From assembly GCA_002457745.1 (NCBI GenBank), contig NTKV01000001.1:1-51023 (forward strand): 51,023 nucleotides of DNA, read 5' to 3'. The position numbers were made by a program, and so were the translations under genes. The notes beneath the pieces are model-generated. The model saw only the letters and a list, made by a program, of their open reading frames with translations. It did no database searches and was not told where the DNA came from. The DNA comes from SAR116 cluster bacterium MED-G06 (GTDB taxonomy: Bacteria; Pseudomonadota; Alphaproteobacteria; Puniceispirillales; Puniceispirillaceae). Shown piece by piece: positions 37,483-46,812 of this stretch (position 1 is the stretch's first letter; every line of letters begins with the position of its first letter).

Positions 37483-38532
37483 ATGAAACATATGAAACTG
37501 CTTGCCGGGCTTGCCGTGGCGGCGGCCCTGTCAACCCCGGCGCTGGCACAGGTCAACCTGACAGCCGAGACAGCCAACGCCAACGGCGTTCCCGGTAACA
37601 CCGTTCTTGCGCTTGGTGAATTTGCGAACGCCGCCGGCGTGGCCAACGTTCAGGTGGCTACCGGCCAGACTCTGACCAACTCGATCCAGAACGTGGCCGA
37701 GGGCAAGACCGATATTTCGGCAGCGCCCTTTATCCTGCCATTCCTGCTTTCGCGCGGTGTTGGTCCCTATGCCAAGCTCGGCAAGGACACTGGCGCGGAA
37801 TACGCCGACCGCCTGTCGGTTCTCTACACCTACCGCCTTGGTGTCTTCACCCTGTCGGCTTACAACAGCTCCAGCGTCAAAGGCTGGGACAGCCTCGAAG
37901 GCAAGACCATCTATAACGGTCCGCCACGCGGTGCCGCGCTGACCAATGCCCGTGGCGTGGTCAAGCTTGCCACCGGCCTTGGCGATGGCGAAGGCTATAC
38001 CGGTGTTCAGGTGAACTGGGACCAGGCTGTAAAGACCATGACCGACGGGTCTGCCGACGCCTTTGTCCTGCCATCGAGCTTCCCTGACGGTCGCCATACC
38101 GCTGCGGTCGCATCGGGCGGCATCACCATGTGGTCGATGCCAAAGGCCGCTTTCGAAAGCGACGCCACACAGAAATACATGAAGGCGCCGGGTTCGGGAA
38201 AGGTAGACATTCCCCTGTCCGAAGCCATCCAGCCTGAAGGCGTGAATGTGGTGTCCGAAGATGGCCGTTTCCGCGGCGTTGCCACTGTCGGTGGCGAGGT
38301 TGTCCGCAAGGATATGGACGAAGAGCTTGCCTATCAGCTGACCAAGGCTGTGCTCGACAATCTCGACGCCATCAAGTCAAAGACACCCTTCCTGCCGCAG
38401 GTCTCGCTTGGTGAGATTGCCGACACTGCCACAACCGGCATGTGTGGTGCGATGCCGCTGAAATACCACCCTGGTGCCATCCGCGCCTGGGAAGAGGCCG
38501 GCTACAGCGTTCCTGATTGCGCCAAGCCGTAA
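37483..38532 (+). CDS. TAXI family TRAP substrate-binding protein
   Basis: signal peptide, C-terminal YHPGAIRAWEE; adjacent to 4TM/12TM fusion; AAGGAGG RBS. Confidence 0.85.
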   Translation: MKHMKLLAGLAVAAALSTPALAQVNLTAETANANGVPGNTVLALGEFANAAGVANVQVATGQTLTNSIQNVAEGKTDISAAPFILPFLLSRGVGPYAKLGKDTGAEYADRLSVLYTYRLGVFTLSAYNSSSVKGWDSLEGKTIYNGPPRGAALTNARGVVKLATGLGDGEGYTGVQVNWDQAVKTMTDGSADAFVLPSSFPDGRHTAAVASGGITMWSMPKAAFESDATQKYMKAPGSGKVDIPLSEAIQPEGVNVVSEDGRFRGVATVGGEVVRKDMDEELAYQLTKAVLDNLDAIKSKTPFLPQVSLGEIADTATTGMCGAMPLKYHPGAIRAWEEAGYSVPDCAKP

Positions 38533-38576
38533 CCGGCAGCGCACCCCAATATTCCCGGGTCGCCACAGGCTGGCGG

Positions 38577-38648
38577 CCCGGACATTTGTTTTAACCCGGG
38601 CATTTGTTTCAACCCGGGCATTTATGTTAGCCCGGACGTTTATTCGAG
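38577..38648. repeat. degenerate 18-bp tandem repeat (x4)
   Basis: cccggacatttgttttaa / cccgggcatttgtttcaa / cccgggcatttatgttag / cccggacgtttattcgag. Confidence 0.85.
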
Positions 38649-38687
38649 CGTTTGGATTCAGTCTTGTTTCGGGGGGAGCAGGGTACA

Positions 38688-41051
38688 ATGGCGGACAAAT
38701 CGGCCCCATCATCTGCTGAGAGCAACCTGACCGCCACCGGTCCTTTTCTGTACTGGCTTGCTGTCGGACTTGTGATGATCGGATTGATGAATTCGATCCC
38801 GGGCATTCCGGGCTTTGACCAGGCCGTTCGCGACATCAGCGGCCATGACTGGTTCAAGCTTCGCAAATTCACCCGCGAATGGTTCTTCCCCATGGTTCTG
38901 GCGCTGATGATGCTGATCGTCGCGCTGAAACATTCCATGTACCGGTCATGGCGTGACCGTTCGGCCCTGTGGCGGCGGTTCGGCCTTCTCATGGATGTGG
39001 CACTTGTCACCGCGGCCTTCGGCATTTCCCTGACCTATATCATCGAGATCGAGGCCATCTGCCTTGTTGACCAGTTCACCGGCGAGCGCGCCAGGCTGAT
39101 CGAGCGGAGCCTTACAGATGCTGCCGAAACGGCCGCCCTTTACGGGCTTCCAGCCCCGACGACCGTCGAGGATCCGCAATGTGTGGGCACCACCGGTGGC
39201 TGGCTGGTTCTGATCATGGGCGTGTCGATCCTGATCTTTCTTGCCTACAACATAAAGGTCTGGGGTCTGCCGCTTGTCATTGTCGCGCTTCTCGTCGCGC
39301 TTTACACGATCAGCACGGTGTTTGTCTGGTATTTCCATGGCCCGGACGACATCAACAAATATCTGATGACCAAGCTTGCCGGCGAACCGCGTCTCCTGAG
39401 CGATGGCAGGCCGCGGGTTCACGACATTCTTGTGAACAACGCCAGCGGTGTTCTGGGACGGTTCATGGACATCATCATGAACACCATCTTCCCGTATCTG
39501 ATCCTCGGCTCGCTGTTCGGCGCCTCTGCCGGAGGCCAGTCGCTGATCAAGCTTGCCTTCCGCTGGACGCGCAAGCTGGCCGGCGGCCCGGCGCATGCTG
39601 CCATCGTCTCTTCGGCGATGTTCGGCACGATTTCAGGCGGACCGATTGTGAATGTGCTGTCGACCGGCGTTCTGACAATCCCGATGATGGCGCGGCGCGG
39701 TTTTTCCAAGATCTTCGCCGGCGGGATGGAGTCGGCTGCCTCCTCCGGCGGGTCAATCATGCCACCTGTGATGGGGGTGGCGGCCTTTGTCCTGGCCTCG
39801 CTGACCGCGGTTCCCTACTCCAAGATCATCATCGCTGCCACCATTCCGGCGCTGTTCTATTTCTTCTGCCTGTTCCTGACAGCGGTGTTTCAGGCGCGCA
39901 AACAGAACATCACCGCGATCGGCGAGCTGACCGAGGAGATGCATCTCGGGCGGCAGGACATCCTCAATCTGATGATGATTTTCGGGCCGATCCTGTTGAT
40001 CCTGGCGCTGCTGCTGACCTCGAAAGAAGATGTCGGCTGCGGCTTCATCAGCGGCATGATAGGTGTCGAGCGGGTTTTCACCGAGGCAGGGTGCCAGGTG
40101 GAAAAATTGCCCTGGCTGTTTGGCATCATCCAGAATTCGGCAGGTGACGCCGGCAGCGCCGGCTGGTGGGCCGTCATGCTGCTGATGGTGCTTCTGTTCC
40201 TCGATCCGGAAATGCGGGCCCGGCCACGAAAGCTTCTCGACGCCATATCGAACGCCGGCATCCTGATCTCCACCCTCTATCTGATGTTCCTCGCTGTTTC
40301 GATCATCGATTTCTGTCTGAAATTCACCGGCCTTCCGGTCTTCATATCGCTTGATGTCCTCACCTGGCTGAAGGCACTCAATCTTGGTGATGGTGGCTCG
40401 CTCATCTTCCAGTTCATCGCGCTGGCGCTGACCATGATGCTGGCCGTGGTGCTGGGCATGGGGATGCCTGCGGTGCCGGCCTATATCAATGTCGCGCTGC
40501 TGATGGGTCCGGTTCTGGCGGGTCTCGGCATCGCCGTCTTCACGGCCCATATGTTCATCTTCTATTTTGCCGTGGCATCGGCGATCACACCGCCGGTGGC
40601 GCTGGCGGCCTTTGCCGCCGCCAGTATCACCAAGGAAGATCCGATGATGACCGGCCTTGCGGCGGTGCGGATTGGCATCGTGATGTTCGTCATCCCGTTT
40701 GTCTTCGCCTTCTATCCGGACATTCTTCTGATCGAAGCTGCCTTCATCGACCCGACTGTGACCGGCACCAAGGCCTATCTTCCGGGCTATGACGGCACCG
40801 TCGACCTTGGCGCGCTGGGTGTTCTGATGTTGCGGATGTTGCTGGCGCTGGTGCTGCTGGCAAGCGCCCTGTCACGCTTCGACCGTGCCCCGCTCGCCTT
40901 CTGGGAGGTTGGGGCGCGGTTGGTGCTGGCGGCGCTGCTTCTGTCTGGTGACATCTTCGTCTATGGCGCTGCTGCCGCTGGCGGGGTCGGGCTTCTTGTC
41001 TGGCACAAGATCAGCACGAAACGCCTCATACAGCAGACCGCTGGCGGATAA
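38688..41051 (+). CDS. TRAP transporter 4TM/12TM fused permease
   Basis: GGPAHAAIVSSAMFGTISG, ESAASSGGSIMPPVMG, LGMGMP, SAITPPVALAAFAAA. Confidence 0.93.
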   Translation: MADKSAPSSAESNLTATGPFLYWLAVGLVMIGLMNSIPGIPGFDQAVRDISGHDWFKLRKFTREWFFPMVLALMMLIVALKHSMYRSWRDRSALWRRFGLLMDVALVTAAFGISLTYIIEIEAICLVDQFTGERARLIERSLTDAAETAALYGLPAPTTVEDPQCVGTTGGWLVLIMGVSILIFLAYNIKVWGLPLVIVALLVALYTISTVFVWYFHGPDDINKYLMTKLAGEPRLLSDGRPRVHDILVNNASGVLGRFMDIIMNTIFPYLILGSLFGASAGGQSLIKLAFRWTRKLAGGPAHAAIVSSAMFGTISGGPIVNVLSTGVLTIPMMARRGFSKIFAGGMESAASSGGSIMPPVMGVAAFVLASLTAVPYSKIIIAATIPALFYFFCLFLTAVFQARKQNITAIGELTEEMHLGRQDILNLMMIFGPILLILALLLTSKEDVGCGFISGMIGVERVFTEAGCQVEKLPWLFGIIQNSAGDAGSAGWWAVMLLMVLLFLDPEMRARPRKLLDAISNAGILISTLYLMFLAVSIIDFCLKFTGLPVFISLDVLTWLKALNLGDGGSLIFQFIALALTMMLAVVLGMGMPAVPAYINVALLMGPVLAGLGIAVFTAHMFIFYFAVASAITPPVALAAFAAASITKEDPMMTGLAAVRIGIVMFVIPFVFAFYPDILLIEAAFIDPTVTGTKAYLPGYDGTVDLGALGVLMLRMLLALVLLASALSRFDRAPLAFWEVGARLVLAALLLSGDIFVYGAAAAGGVGLLVWHKISTKRLIQQTAGG

Positions 41052-41070
41052 TGGCGGCAGGAGACAGCGC

Positions 41071-42180
41071 GTGCGTCAGTCTGCATTTTTCATCTCCGAG
41101 GCCTGTTTCTGGCACACCACGGGTGAAGCGGCGCTGACCGCGCCTGTTGGCGGATGGATTCAGCCCATGGCGGCTGGTGGCCATGCGGAAAGCCCGGAAT
41201 CAAAACGCCGGATGCGCAACCTGATGGACCGGTCGGGATTGCTGGCACAGCTCACCCAGCGTGACGCCGACCCGGCAAGCCTCGACGAGATCCACCGCAT
41301 TCATACCGAAGCCTATGTGACCGAATTCCGGGCGCTGAGCGATGCGCGTGGCGGCATGCTTGGCATCTCGGCCCCGTTCGGGCATGGCTCCTACGAGATT
41401 GCCTGCCAGTCTGCCGGTCTGGCGCGCGACGCGCTCCTGTCGGTACTTCGCGGCGAACATGACACCGCCTATGCGCTGACCCGCCCGCCCGGGCATCACT
41501 GCCTTGCCGACAGCGCCATGGGATTCTGTCTTCTGGCGAACATCCCGATCGCCATTGCCGCCGCCCGAGCCGCCGGGCTTGCTTCACGGTTCCTTGTCAT
41601 TGACTGGGATGTCCATCACGGCAACGGCACGCAGTCGATCTTCTATACCGACCCCGATGTTCACACGCTGTCGATCCACCAGGCCAACATGTTTCCGGCG
41701 GGGTATGGCGGGCTTGCCGATCGCGGCGAGGGTGCCGGCACCGGGGCGAACACCAACCTGCCTTTGCCGGCAGGCTGCGGGCATGAGGCCTATCTTCACG
41801 CCATGCGGCGGATCGGGCTGCCGCTGATCCGCGATGTGCGGCCCGATGTGATCATCATTGCCAACGGGCTGGATGCCAACCATGTCGATCCACTGGCGCG
41901 GATGTCCTGCACCTCGGCCACCTTTGCCGAGATGACGGCCATGGTGATGCAGGCGGCGGACGAGGTCTGTGACGGGCGGGTGGTTGCGATGCATGAAGGC
42001 GGCTATTCCGAGGCCTATGTGCCGTTCTGCGGACATCGGGTTGTCGAGGGGCTTGCCGGCATCGAAACCGGTCTTTGCGACCCGTTCCTTGCGAAATTCA
42101 TGGAACAGCAGCCGTCGCCGGACCACGCCGCCTGGCAATGCGCCGAGATCGACCGGATGGCTTCCGCCCTCGGCTTCTAG
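41071..42180 (+). CDS. class II histone deacetylase family deacylase
   Basis: GTG start after AGGAG; RPPGHH, GFC, DWDVHHGNGTQ, GLDA..DPL, HEGGY. Confidence 0.93.
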   Translation: MRQSAFFISEACFWHTTGEAALTAPVGGWIQPMAAGGHAESPESKRRMRNLMDRSGLLAQLTQRDADPASLDEIHRIHTEAYVTEFRALSDARGGMLGISAPFGHGSYEIACQSAGLARDALLSVLRGEHDTAYALTRPPGHHCLADSAMGFCLLANIPIAIAAARAAGLASRFLVIDWDVHHGNGTQSIFYTDPDVHTLSIHQANMFPAGYGGLADRGEGAGTGANTNLPLPAGCGHEAYLHAMRRIGLPLIRDVRPDVIIIANGLDANHVDPLARMSCTSATFAEMTAMVMQAADEVCDGRVVAMHEGGYSEAYVPFCGHRVVEGLAGIETGLCDPFLAKFMEQQPSPDHAAWQCAEIDRMASALGF

Positions 42181-42575
42181 CCGCCCGTCACCACCTGATG
42201 CATGAGGCGGCCCGGCAGAAAGGTGAAGGCCCCGGTCAGGATCAGCGCCATCCAGAACAGCGCCATCATCGACGTTCGGTGCCGTCTGATATTGCCCTGC
42301 CGCGCCGCATGCACCGCATACCAGAGTGCCGCCAGAGTGAAGGCCGACAGCAGGTGGATGGGGCTGAACGGCCCGACAAGTTTCAGCTCATGAATGAAAA
42401 ACCCGGAAAAGGCGACAAACGCCATCAACCCGACCCAGATCCGCCCGACACGGCGATGGATGGCCGTTCCCTTTGGCGCCCATAGCTGGGCCGCGCCAAG
42501 GATTGTCGCCGCCAGCGCCGCCAAGGCATGAAGCGGGATCGGTTGCTGTGCCGCGAAAAGCGAGGCAAGCGTCAT
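42177..42575 (-). CDS. DUF2306 family membrane protein
   Basis: KGTAIHRRVGRIW, FSPIHLLS, FTFLPGRLMH. Confidence 0.85.
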   Translation of the reverse strand: MTLASLFAAQQPIPLHALAALAATILGAAQLWAPKGTAIHRRVGRIWVGLMAFVAFSGFFIHELKLVGPFSPIHLLSAFTLAALWYAVHAARQGNIRRHRTSMMALFWMALILTGAFTFLPGRLMHQVVTGG

Positions 42576-42684
42576 CTTGCAGGGGCGTCAGTATGCGTCT
42601 TCATGGGGTCAATGATAGATGCCGCTTACCATTTGCGGCAAGGCTGCTATGGTCAGCGGGAAGCGGCAACAGGAGATCTTACAG

Positions 42685-43485
42685 ATGACATCGAGCGACG
42701 CTGTCGCACAGCATTATTCGGGCCGCGGTCTTGTCGATCGCATCATGGCAGCGCTTGCCAAGGCCGGGCACGAACCGCAGGTCCTGACGCCGGACATCCT
42801 CGCCCCCCATGACGAATTCCATGTTGGCGGCATCGAGGCGACCCACCGGTTCAGCGGCAGACTGGAAATCACGCCGGACAGCCGGTTGCTTGATGTCGGC
42901 TGCGGTGCCGGCGGGCCGGCCCGCACAGTGGCCGCCACCATCGGCTGTCACGTCACCGGCATCGATCTGACCGCGGATTTCATCACTGCCGGCACGGAGC
43001 TGACTGATCGATGCCATCTTGCCGGGCGAGTCACCCTCCACCATGGCAGCGCCCTCGACATGCCGTTCGATGATGCCGCTTTCGACCGCGCGATGATGCT
43101 CCATGTTGGCATGAACATCGCCGACAAGGCCGGGTTGATGGCCGAGGTCGCGCGGGTGCTTGCGCCGGGTGGCCTGTTCGGCGTCTATGACATGATGCGG
43201 GTCAGCGATGGCGAGATCGGCTTTCCCATGCCCTGGGCACCGCATGAAGGCGTCAGCGCGGTGAAGCGACCGGAGGATTACATCAATGCCGCCGAGGCGG
43301 CCGGGCTGACGCTTGTCGCGCAACATGACGAGACCAACGCAGCAGAAGGTTTTTTCCAGCATATTCTTGCCACGAAACCACCGCTCGAGCCTGGCCAGAC
43401 CCCTGACCCGTTCAGCAATCTGGCAGCGCATATCAGGCAAGGAATCCTCGCGCCAACAGAGCTGATCTTCCACAAGGCCGGCTGA
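42685..43485 (+). CDS. class I SAM-dependent methyltransferase
   Basis: DEFHVGG, LLDVGCGAGG, GIDLT, VLAPGG. Confidence 0.9.
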   Translation: MTSSDAVAQHYSGRGLVDRIMAALAKAGHEPQVLTPDILAPHDEFHVGGIEATHRFSGRLEITPDSRLLDVGCGAGGPARTVAATIGCHVTGIDLTADFITAGTELTDRCHLAGRVTLHHGSALDMPFDDAAFDRAMMLHVGMNIADKAGLMAEVARVLAPGGLFGVYDMMRVSDGEIGFPMPWAPHEGVSAVKRPEDYINAAEAAGLTLVAQHDETNAAEGFFQHILATKPPLEPGQTPDPFSNLAAHIRQGILAPTELIFHKAG

Positions 43486-44426
43486 TGGGCGCGGCGGCAG
43501 GCAACTGGCGGATCGGCGTCATCGGCACCGGCGCGATGGGATCTGTCTATGCGGTGATGATGGCCGAGGCCGGCCATGACGTGGTGGCCATCGACAGCTG
43601 GCAGTCTCATGTCGACGCCATCAACACAACCGGACTGCGCCTGTCAGGTGTCAGTGGCGACCGAACTGTCGCCAGCATCACGGCCGCCACCAGCCTTGCC
43701 GGCACGGCGCCCTGTGATCTCTATATCATCGCCACGAAGGCGGCACATGTCGGGGTTGCGGCGCAAGCCATCTCGGGGGTGATGCGACCTGATTCGCTGA
43801 TCCTGACGATCCAGAACGGGCTTGGTGCCGACGAACGGATCGCGCAGCACATGCCGACCGACAATGTGCTGCTCGGAGTTGCCGAGGGGTTCGGGGCATC
43901 GATGCAAGGCCCCGGCCACGCGCATCACAATGCGATGAAGCTGATCCGGCTTGGCGAGATGGGCGGCGGCATCAGCGAGAGGCTGACGGCCCTCGAGTCG
44001 CTGTGGCAGGGTGCCGGATTTGCCGCCCGCGCCTTTCCGGACATCACCCAGCTGATCTGGGAAAAATTCGTCTGCAATGTCACGCTGAGCGCGCCCTGCA
44101 CCGCCTTTGGCTGCCACGTTGGCGGCCTTATGGCGAACCCGGAGGGGTGGCAGACAGCGCTGGCCTGCGCGCGCGAGGCCTATCAGTGCGGGCTGGCGGA
44201 AGGTGTGGCCTTCTCATTTGACGACGTCGCGCGCTATGTCACCGCGTTTGCGTCCCTCGTTCCCGATGCAAGCCCGTCAATGCGGCTTGACCATCTGGCC
44301 GGCCGTGCCTCGGAAATAGATGCGATCAACGGCATGGTGCCGGTGATTGGCGCACGTCATGGTATCGCAACCCCGGTGAACGAGACCCTGTCCGCCCTGG
44401 TGCGCGCCATCGAGGCCCGCTTCTAG
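43485..44426 (+). CDS. ketopantoate reductase family protein (PanE/ApbA-like)
   Basis: IGTGAMG, IQNGLG, IWEKFVCN, SMRLD, EIDAING. Confidence 0.9.
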   Translation: MGAAAGNWRIGVIGTGAMGSVYAVMMAEAGHDVVAIDSWQSHVDAINTTGLRLSGVSGDRTVASITAATSLAGTAPCDLYIIATKAAHVGVAAQAISGVMRPDSLILTIQNGLGADERIAQHMPTDNVLLGVAEGFGASMQGPGHAHHNAMKLIRLGEMGGGISERLTALESLWQGAGFAARAFPDITQLIWEKFVCNVTLSAPCTAFGCHVGGLMANPEGWQTALACAREAYQCGLAEGVAFSFDDVARYVTAFASLVPDASPSMRLDHLAGRASEIDAINGMVPVIGARHGIATPVNETLSALVRAIEARF

Positions 44427-44428
44427 GA

Positions 44429-45676
44429 TCAGATCGAAAAGCGGGTGGCGCGGAACGGGTCCATGTCGATCGGGGGTGCCGCGCCGTCAATCATCGCGGT
44501 GATCGCCAGCGCCGATCCCGGGGCCATCGACAATCCAACATGCTGGTGTCCGAAATTGAACCACAGCCCGTCATGCCGGGGGGCCGGGCCGATCACCGGA
44601 AGCGAATCCACCATTGTCGGGCGACGCCCCATCCAGGGCGTATCCTCGATCTCGCCCTTCATCTCATGCCCGTCGCGGGCCAGCGCCACCGAGCGTCTGA
44701 TCTGGCTGTAGTCCGGCGGGGCATCACGGTGGGCAATCTCGACGCCGCTGGTGATCCGCACCCCCTGCTGCATCGGCACAATGGCAAAGCCGCCATCGAC
44801 ATCATGCACCGCGCGGTTCAGCTGCGGCCCGTCGGCCGGCTCCAGATGCAGGTGATAGCCGCGCTCCCAGCCAAGCGGCAGGTCGTAGCCGACCCATCCG
44901 GCAATTTCCGCCGACCAGGCACCGGCCGCAATCACTACATCATCTGGCGACAGATCATCGGCCCCATCCAGCCCGACATGCCATCCTGACTCGCCTTGCG
45001 ACAGACCGCTGACGCTGGCCTGCAGAACTGTGCCGCCACTTTCCACAAACATCGCGACATAGGCATCGGTCAGCGCTGCCGGATTGCTGACCCCGCATGT
45101 CTCGTCATAGAGAACAGCCTTCTTGTAGATCGGCTTCAGCCCGGGTTCGATCTGGCGAAGCTGCGATTCATCAAAGACCGAATAGACGACGCCATTTTCA
45201 TCAGCCAGCGCCAGCTCGCCGGCATAGGCCTCGAAGCTTTCCGTGGTGCGGAAGGCCTTCATCCAGCCACCATAGCGAAGAAGATCGTCGACACCGGCCT
45301 CGGCAATCCACGCCTTGTGCTGGTCCAGCGAGAGTGTCTGCAGCGCACGCAACGCACGGCCTGCCGCCTGCCAGCGTGACGTTGTGCAATAGGACAGGAA
45401 CTTCAGCATCCAGCCAAGCCGGCGTATCACAAACAGCGGCGAGAACCGCACCGAATTCGATCGGCCCATCAGCAGCTTCGGCAATGATGCCAGCAGCCCG
45501 GGATTGTTCAGAACACCAATCGAGGATTCCGACAGCACTCCGGCATTGCCATAGGATGTCTCACGGCCCGGCGTGGTGCGGTCAACCAGCGTGACGCTGT
45601 GGCCGGCGCGCTGCAATGCCAGCGCGTTGCACACCCCGACGATACCACCCCCGACAATGACGATCCGGCGCGACAT
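44429..45676 (-). CDS. FAD-dependent D-amino acid dehydrogenase family
   Basis: VGGGIVG, ETSYGNAG, AAGAWS, ERGYH, WMGRRP, FGHQHVG. Confidence 0.9.
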   Translation of the reverse strand: MSRRIVIVGGGIVGVCNALALQRAGHSVTLVDRTTPGRETSYGNAGVLSESSIGVLNNPGLLASLPKLLMGRSNSVRFSPLFVIRRLGWMLKFLSYCTTSRWQAAGRALRALQTLSLDQHKAWIAEAGVDDLLRYGGWMKAFRTTESFEAYAGELALADENGVVYSVFDESQLRQIEPGLKPIYKKAVLYDETCGVSNPAALTDAYVAMFVESGGTVLQASVSGLSQGESGWHVGLDGADDLSPDDVVIAAGAWSAEIAGWVGYDLPLGWERGYHLHLEPADGPQLNRAVHDVDGGFAIVPMQQGVRITSGVEIAHRDAPPDYSQIRRSVALARDGHEMKGEIEDTPWMGRRPTMVDSLPVIGPAPRHDGLWFNFGHQHVGLSMAPGSALAITAMIDGAAPPIDMDPFRATRFSI

Positions 45677-45726
45677 GGAATCGCCCGTCACCCTATTGCC
45701 GTCGCCCGGCCGCACCGCTATCCCGA

Positions 45727-46743
45727 TCAGACCCGCGCGACATTGCCGCCAGCCTCGGTCCAGGCCACAAATCCCCCCGGGATATGGGCGCATCCGGACA
45801 CGCCGTCACCTTGCGCGATGGTCACCGCCATGGTCGAGCGTTCGCCAACGGCACAATAGAAGACAACCGTCTTGTCACCAGTCTGCTTCAGCATATCCAG
45901 ATGCAGATCAAGGCGGCTGTAGGGGGCGTGGACAGACCCCGGAATGATGCCCGACTTCACACGCTCGGCATCTTCACGCAGATCCACCAGTATCATGTCG
46001 GCGGCGTTGTCCTTGATGATCGTCTCCGAGGTCACCGTCGCCACCTCGCGCTGTTTGTCGATATTCAGCCCCATCCGCATGTTTTCGGGTACCGCGACAT
46101 CCATCATCTTCGGGTTCGGCAGCTTCAGCCCGGCCATCAGCTCGATATAGGCGGCGCGCGAATCAACCTGAAGACGCGGGTTGTTGGCGCGCTCCTCGCC
46201 AATGGTCGAGACCATGTCCCCCTTGTAGTCATGGGCCGGATAGACAAGCGTCTGCTCGGGCAGCTTCAGAAGGCCGTTGAACAGCGAGTCATATTGCTGG
46301 CCGGCATCGCCATTCTGGAAATCGGTGCGGCCGGTGCCGCGGATCAGCAGCGTATCTCCGGTGAACACCCGGTCATCCATGCGGAAACAGTAACTGTCAT
46401 CGGTATGGCCAGGGGTGTGCATCGCCGTCAGGGCCATCCCCTCGATGGTGACGGCTTCACCGTCGGACACCCGCATCGAGACAACATCGACAGGCGACTG
46501 CTCACCCATCACCGTCACACAGTTGGTGCGGTCACGAAGCGCACCCATGGCGGTGATATGGTCGGCATGGACATGCGTGTCGACAACCTTCACCAGCTTC
46601 AGATCAAGCTCTTCCAGCAGCTTGACATAGCGGTCGGTCTTTTCGAACACCGGGTCGATCAGAAGCGCCTCGCCGCCGGCCCGGCTGGCAAGAAGATAAG
46701 TATAGGTCGACGAAACCGAATCGAACATCTGACGAAAAATCAT
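45727..46743 (-). CDS. persulfide dioxygenase (ETHE1-like MBL) - rhodanese fusion
   Basis: SSTYTYLL, THVHADHIT, GTGRTDFQ, PAHDY; C-terminal VDLRE...YCAVGERS. Confidence 0.92.
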   Translation of the reverse strand: MIFRQMFDSVSSTYTYLLASRAGGEALLIDPVFEKTDRYVKLLEELDLKLVKVVDTHVHADHITAMGALRDRTNCVTVMGEQSPVDVVSMRVSDGEAVTIEGMALTAMHTPGHTDDSYCFRMDDRVFTGDTLLIRGTGRTDFQNGDAGQQYDSLFNGLLKLPEQTLVYPAHDYKGDMVSTIGEERANNPRLQVDSRAAYIELMAGLKLPNPKMMDVAVPENMRMGLNIDKQREVATVTSETIIKDNAADMILVDLREDAERVKSGIIPGSVHAPYSRLDLHLDMLKQTGDKTVVFYCAVGERSTMAVTIAQGDGVSGCAHIPGGFVAWTEAGGNVARV

Positions 46744-46812
46744 GGAAATCCTTCCTCCCCTGACTTCAGAATGTGCAAAATTATTGCCGTGGGCGCAAGC
46801 CGTGTGGTGGGC

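Noticed and set aside
38577-38648. Possible mini-CRISPR array (also considered for 48773-48850 and 50889-50946)
   Set aside because: Units are contiguous 13-18 bp with no unique spacers, and there are no cas genes
41071-42180. 'Histone deacetylase' as a eukaryote-like gene
   Set aside because: HDAC-family amidohydrolases are widespread in bacteria; not unusual on its own
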